Assembly (NCBI GenBank): GCA_040901985.1
Contig: JBBDYC010000009.1
Span: 258,303-322,302, forward strand
DNA from: Gemmatimonadaceae bacterium
GTDB lineage: Bacteria > Gemmatimonadota > Gemmatimonadetes > Gemmatimonadales > Gemmatimonadaceae
Direction: 5' to 3'
DNA: 64,000 bases
The notes under the pieces were generated by a model that worked only from the letters and a program-made list of their open reading frames with translations, had not been told where the DNA came from and searched no databases. Position 1 is the stretch's first letter. Each line of letters starts with the position of its first letter. Both the position numbers and the translations under genes were made by a program. Shown here piece by piece: positions 59,594 through 64,000 of the stretch.

Positions 59594-59690
59594 ACCTAAC
59601 GTGGGCTTGTGCTGCGGACACTCTAATAAAATGCGGCCGCGGAGCGGCCGCCATCAATAGCGTGGCCGTCTGCACCAAGCGTCGTTAGAC
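59594..59690 (-). repeat. attC site (long type)
   Basis: gtctaac..gttaggt; the upstream gene's TAA lies in the R'' box. Confidence 0.85.
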
Positions 59691-60374
59691 CGCCTCAGGC
59701 GGATTGATGTCTTCTGGCAACAGTTGATACGTCCGAAACCGCTCCTCGCGCGCGGCCTGCGCTCGCAATCCGTCCGACAGCACGCCGATGAGATCGTCGA
59801 CGTCACCCGGCCCGCCAGGAACGTCGAAGCTTAAGCCGGAGTCAAGCAAGGTCTCGTGCACGTAATGAAACACGTCGTCGACGCCCTCAAGCGCGGCTTC
59901 AACGCTTGCTCGGCTAGCATGCGCCAGTGGCCGCGCGGACGAATCAATTGCTCGATTAAGTGAACGGTGTCCAATGTGTCGATTGCGCCAGTCGCGAGCG
60001 AACGCCGTGCTCTCCACGGCCTTCGCAACCTTGGCCTCAAGTGTTGCTCGCCTCGTCACGTCAGCGACATACAAGGGGATACGCTGAACGGTTAGTTGCT
60101 TGTGGCGCATCACTTCAACTGGGTCGGTCAAGCGGCAAAGATGAAGGAGGACGTCCTCCCAGAGAATGCCATCAAGCTGGCCGAAGAAGCGCGCCGCTGC
60201 GCTGTTTAGAACTTCTACGCGCTCGACGGACCGCGCGAACAATGCTTGATACTCGCGCCACTTGTCGTGAAGCCAAACGTTCTCGTTCACCAACTCGAAG
60301 TACACTTTGCCAAACTCGTCGCCGAGTACGGAAGCGTAGTGCGCGGCTATCTGGTCAGGCCCGTCTATCTTCAC
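59685..60374 (-). CDS. HEPN-domain protein (AbiU2-like)
   Basis: LLHLCRLTD, WRNRHIGH (RxxxxH-type motif). Confidence 0.75.
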   Translation of the reverse strand: MKIDGPDQIAAHYASVLGDEFGKVYFELVNENVWLHDKWREYQALFARSVERVEVLNSAAARFFGQLDGILWEDVLLHLCRLTDPVEVMRHKQLTVQRIPLYVADVTRRATLEAKVAKAVESTAFARDWRNRHIGHRSLNRAIDSSARPLAHASRASVEAALEGVDDVFHYVHETLLDSGLSFDVPGGPGDVDDLIGVLSDGLRAQAAREERFRTYQLLPEDINPPEAV

Positions 60375-60420
60375 GTTGCTGAAACCTAATCCTTGTTTGA
60401 TCGCGCAAATTGGGCTGCCA

Positions 60421-61014
60421 TCATATCCCCGACCGAATTGGACGCACGCTAGCGCGAATCTGTTGGTACAAAGCCGAGTTTTGCGCCCACGCAGCCGTAG
60501 TCGCCCGCATGTTCACCGAAAGCAATCTGTCGCCGTCGCCCAATAAGACGACGCGTTCTACGATTGTGAATCCGCTTTGCGAACGCCAAGAAAACGCGAA
60601 GCCTACACCTTCGAGATCTCTGAGTCGGAGAACTGTGGCGACCGAGTCTACCCTCAAATCGGGGTGCTTCGTCCGCATGCCAACAATAATAAGAGAAGCT
60701 ATCTGGAGGTCGGAGCGACCATCGCGCGGCACGCTCCCAAGTTCCAACGTCGCGTACGACTCGGAAAGCTGCGCCGTGTTGAGGCCTTCCTCGAACAGTA
60801 ACGCCACCGCCTCAGCTCCTCCGCCCGCGACGCCAAACGTCCAGCTCGCCGGAACGTCAACCGTGAAGCCAAATACTTGGTGTCGAAGCTGCTTCCAGTT
60901 CGATCCCAACGTAGATGGATGGAAGGCATAGTATGGAGTCTCGTTCTTCGGTTGGCAGCCCGACACGGCCGAGAACAGCGAGACGACGAATAGCGCAGTT
61001 CGCAATCGCAACAT
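60421..61014 (-). CDS. Lipoprotein (PsbP-like)
   Basis: Lipobox VSGC; FGFTVDVPASW. Confidence 0.6.
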   Translation of the reverse strand: MLRLRTALFVVSLFSAVSGCQPKNETPYYAFHPSTLGSNWKQLRHQVFGFTVDVPASWTFGVAGGGAEAVALLFEEGLNTAQLSESYATLELGSVPRDGRSDLQIASLIIVGMRTKHPDLRVDSVATVLRLRDLEGVGFAFSWRSQSGFTIVERVVLLGDGDRLLSVNMRATTAAWAQNSALYQQIRASVRPIRSGI

Positions 61015-61030
61015 CGAACGCTCCGTGTCG

Positions 61031-61104
61031 GTCTAACGTGGGCTTGTTCTGTGAACGCTCACCTGCTTCGCTATTGCGGCCATCTAAACCAAGCATCGTT
61101 AGAC
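61031..61104 (-). repeat. attC site
   Basis: gtctaac gatgcttgg..acaagcccac gttagac. Confidence 0.8.
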
Positions 61105-61110
61105 CGCCAG

Positions 61111-61893
61111 CTACCGCGCGTATCTCTGCACCTTACTGCAAGACGGGCACGTCACAATCGCCTTGTTTCCAAAAACGGCGCTTGAGCTCGTTAGGAAGGA
61201 ATCGAAGACCTCAAATATTTCGGCGCATTCGACGCACTCATGCAACTTGCGCCCGAGGCTTCCCAACATGTCGTTCATATCGTGCGCGAACACAATTGGC
61301 AGAGAATTCTTTCGCCTCTTGCCCTTCGTTGTCCCATCGGTGTTCTGGGCGAGCAGCTTCTCGAGGGTCTCGTTCATCTGCACGAGCATCGCATCACGGA
61401 TAGAGATGAAAGCCAACTGTTCTTCCTTCGTCATCTCTATGTCAAGGAACTCGAGTCGAAGTCCGTAGCTCTGTGGTGCATCAAGAACTGACGCGATGCG
61501 CTCAAGATGGATGAGTTCGAGCGGCGCAGGTGCGCACGCCTCAAGGAATCTTTGACGGTCGGCGAGGCCGATCTCCTGATTCGTAACGAACGCGAGCCCA
61601 TCTGCAGCGGCCTTTGCAACTCCGGGCAGGTCAGCCTTCATTTTCCTAAGGATCGCGGAAGTCGCGACTTTACCTCTAGGGAAGAAAGCAGCGCCGACGA
61701 ACTTCTTGCCGCCGAGCTCGCAGACGATGTCCTTTAGCGAGTCTCTCCCGCCAAGCGGGTGCGACGGATCGACGGATTTGAACCCTTCAAGGCGCAGTAC
61801 ATGGGCCGCCAGCCGCTCGGCCGCCGTTGAGCCCTGATCCCACTCGAGCAACCTCTGCCAGGTCTCCCTGCCGTTCTTGCGCCGTGGTGACAT
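61111..61893 (-). CDS. Restriction-endonuclease-like protein with C-terminal zinc ribbon
   Basis: AERLAAHVL..GGRDSLKDI, AFVTNQ; CVEC..CPSC. Confidence 0.65.
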   Translation of the reverse strand: MSPRRKNGRETWQRLLEWDQGSTAAERLAAHVLRLEGFKSVDPSHPLGGRDSLKDIVCELGGKKFVGAAFFPRGKVATSAILRKMKADLPGVAKAAADGLAFVTNQEIGLADRQRFLEACAPAPLELIHLERIASVLDAPQSYGLRLEFLDIEMTKEEQLAFISIRDAMLVQMNETLEKLLAQNTDGTTKGKRRKNSLPIVFAHDMNDMLGSLGRKLHECVECAEIFEVFDSFLTSSSAVFGNKAIVTCPSCSKVQRYAR

Positions 61894-61906
61894 AGGTCAG
61901 TCTAAC

Positions 61907-63704
61907 GAGGCTGTAGAAAAACCCCGGGAATCGTCGGCACGGAATTGTGTCCGCGTCCCCGGCGGCTAGCTTCGTTGGGAGAAGGTGCGCCCCCCTCCCC
62001 CCGTTGTCGAGTCCCCGCCATGGCCCGCTACAAGCACATCGACACGAATCCCCGGTTCCTGCCCGTCGACCTGGCGGCGCAGCTCCTGCCTGGCACGCTG
62101 GAGCACGCGCTCCACCACCTGCTCGGTGGCGCGATCGATCTTTCCCACTTCGACGCGCGCTACCGGAATGACGAGACGGGCGCCCCGGCCTACCCGCCGG
62201 CGATGCTCCTCCAGGTGGTCCTGTTCGCCTACGCGCAGGGCATCGTGAGCAGCCGCGGGATCGAGCGGGCCTGCCGCGAGCACGTGACGTTCATCGCCCT
62301 CTGCGGCGACACGGCGCCGCACTTCACGACGATCGCCCACTTCGTGAGCACGCTGGGCGACGACATCGCCCATGTCTTCGCGGCGGTGCTCGCGATCTGC
62401 GACGCGCAGGGCCTGATCGGCCGCGAGATGTTCGCGATCGACGGGGTCAAGCTGCCCAGCAACGCGTCGAAGCGGCGGAGCGGGACGCGCGCCGACTTCG
62501 CGCGGCAGGCGACGAAGCTCGAGGCCGCGGCGGCGGCGATGCTCGCGCGCCATCGGGCGAACGACGCCTTGGCCGCGGAACCCGGGATCGAGGCGAAGGC
62601 GGCGCGGCGCGTGGAGCGGCTGGAGCGCGATGCCGCGGAGCTGCGGGATTGGCTCACCACGCATCCCGACGAGCGGCGCGGCGCCAAGGGTGCGATCCGG
62701 AAGAGCAATCGCACCGACAACGAGAGCGCGAAGATGGCGACCGGAAAGGGCGTGATCCAGGGCTACTGCGGGGTCGCGGCCGTCGACAGCGCGCATCAGA
62801 TCATCGTCGAGGCACAGGCCCACGGCACGGGCGCGGAGCAGGCGCTGCTGCTCCCGGTGGTGACGGCCCTGCAGCCCGTGCTTGCCCCGCACACGCTCGT
62901 CACCGCCGATGCCGGCTACCATAGCGAAGCGAACCTGCAGGGGCTGGACGCGCTGGGCGTGGACGCCCTCCTCGCCGATCCCGCGATGCGGCGTCGCGAC
63001 GCACGGTTCGCGACGCAGGCGCGCCACCGGCAGGGACCGGATCCGCTCCACAACAAGTCCCCCGCGCCCGCCCCCGCGTCGACCTTCCAGCCGCGCGACT
63101 TCACGTATGATCCCGCCGCGCGCACGTGCATCTGCCCCGCGGGCAAGGCGTTGTACCGGAAGGGGCAGTCGCGCGTGACGAACGGATTCATTTCGGAACA
63201 GTTTCGGGGGGCGAAACGGGATTGCGGTCCGTGCGCGCTGCGGGCGCAGTGTTTGCGGACGCCAGGATCGACCCCCGTGCGCCAAGTCGCCTTCTTCCGA
63301 GGGCGCGCGGCCCAAAACGGCGAGAGCCACTCGGCGCGGATGCAACGGCGCCTCGACGCGCCGCTCGGGCGGGCGCAATACGGCCAGCGCTTCGCGACGG
63401 TCGAGCCGGTGTTCGCGAACCTGCGGTCCAACAAGGGCCTCGATCGCTTCACGCTGCGCGGACGCGCGAAGGTGGACGCGCAGTGGAAGCTGTTCTGCCT
63501 CGTGCACAACATCGAGAAGCTCGCGAAGGCGGGCTACGCGGCGTAACCCGGGGCCGGGCGCCCGCGCCCGCCGGTCACGACAATGTCGCGACGACCGCCG
63601 CATCGCGTCGACGGGGCATTCGGGGTCTTCGGTCGCGACGGCGGTGCGCGACTGCGGCGATCGCCTCGCGCCGCGCGCGCGAAACTGACTTATCCTACAG
63701 CCTC
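61907..63704 (+). mobile_element. IS1182-family insertion sequence, 1798 bp
   Basis: IRs gaggctgtag / ctacagcctc; AAC duplicated on both sides. Confidence 0.9.
62020..63546 (+). CDS. IS1182-family DDE transposase
   Basis: GAPAYPPAMLL, SSRGIERAC, AIDGVK, ADAGY, CPAG, VEPVFA, HNIEKL. Confidence 0.9.
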   Translation: MARYKHIDTNPRFLPVDLAAQLLPGTLEHALHHLLGGAIDLSHFDARYRNDETGAPAYPPAMLLQVVLFAYAQGIVSSRGIERACREHVTFIALCGDTAPHFTTIAHFVSTLGDDIAHVFAAVLAICDAQGLIGREMFAIDGVKLPSNASKRRSGTRADFARQATKLEAAAAAMLARHRANDALAAEPGIEAKAARRVERLERDAAELRDWLTTHPDERRGAKGAIRKSNRTDNESAKMATGKGVIQGYCGVAAVDSAHQIIVEAQAHGTGAEQALLLPVVTALQPVLAPHTLVTADAGYHSEANLQGLDALGVDALLADPAMRRRDARFATQARHRQGPDPLHNKSPAPAPASTFQPRDFTYDPAARTCICPAGKALYRKGQSRVTNGFISEQFRGAKRDCGPCALRAQCLRTPGSTPVRQVAFFRGRAAQNGESHSARMQRRLDAPLGRAQYGQRFATVEPVFANLRSNKGLDRFTLRGRAKVDAQWKLFCLVHNIEKLAKAGYAA

Positions 63705-63795
63705 AACGTATAGTTGTGCTGTGGACGCTCCAATAATGCGGCCGCGGAGCGGCCGCCATCAATAGCGCGGCCATCTGCACCAACTGTCGTTATAC
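63705..63795 (-). repeat. attC site interrupted by IS1182 (original R' remnant at 61900-61906)
   Basis: gtataac..actatac gtt[IS]gttagac; core highly similar to the attC at 59594. Confidence 0.85.
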
Positions 63796-63935
63796 AGACG
63801 TCAGCGCCCAGTTCCTGCGCGAGCGCCCCGGCGGACGATCTCCGAGTGGCGGGCGTTGTACATCGGCCGTTGCCGTTCCCAAGAGCACCGACTCGGAGCA
63901 CGCCGGGTCGCGCGGATGTCGGTGCCGTGCGTTCT

Positions 63936-64000
63936 GGATAACGTTGGCTTGTGCTGCAGCGGGTCAAATAATTGCGGCGGCGGGGCCGCCGCGCTGCCCC
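63936..64000 (-). repeat. attC site, truncated by the window end
   Basis: ggataacgttggcttgtgctgc resembles acctaacgtgggcttgtgctgc at 59594. Confidence 0.7.

Larger units (their letters stand above)
56261..64000 (-). mobile_element. Integron cassette array (intI not in window)
   Basis: Six attC sites alternating with co-oriented minus-strand genes. Confidence 0.9.

Noticed and set aside
60375..60420. Additional attC
   Set aside because: acctaat lacks the AAC, and there is no matching GTT box or palindrome.

Overview
High-GC host DNA (1-10.9 kb; gene content suggests Gemmatimonadota, which is an inference) carries a Zn-metalloprotease, an M16 peptidase pair, dut and nirK. A 42.5 kb genomic island follows, bounded by a perfect 45-bp direct repeat of the tRNA-Pro(GGG) 3' half (10888-10932 / 53338-53382), with a tyrosine integrase and matching arm-like sites at both ends. 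The island is rich in defence-type genes: a SAMHD1-like HD dNTPase paired with an IrrE-like peptidase, two DUF3800-like proteins, UvrD, a PHP-ATPase (Ppl-like), two R-M loci, an Xre/ImmA/HNH module and DarTG. Its most unusual part is a large-serine-recombinase (LSR) module at 17-28.6 kb. There the recombinase 3' end is duplicated as a 228-bp unit containing a consensus sigma70 promoter, a short antisense hairpin RNA and a 23-bp motif. That motif and a second 25-bp motif bracket successive cargo genes, resembling a cassette array. Right of the island lies a further tandem element with an IS30 remnant and a minus-strand integron cassette array (six attC sites; no intI in the window). Its cassettes include an RloC-like ATPase-HEPN, a HEPN and an REase-like gene, and an IS1182 is inserted exactly in one attC crossover triplet. 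All family assignments are from motifs read by eye, not database searches.
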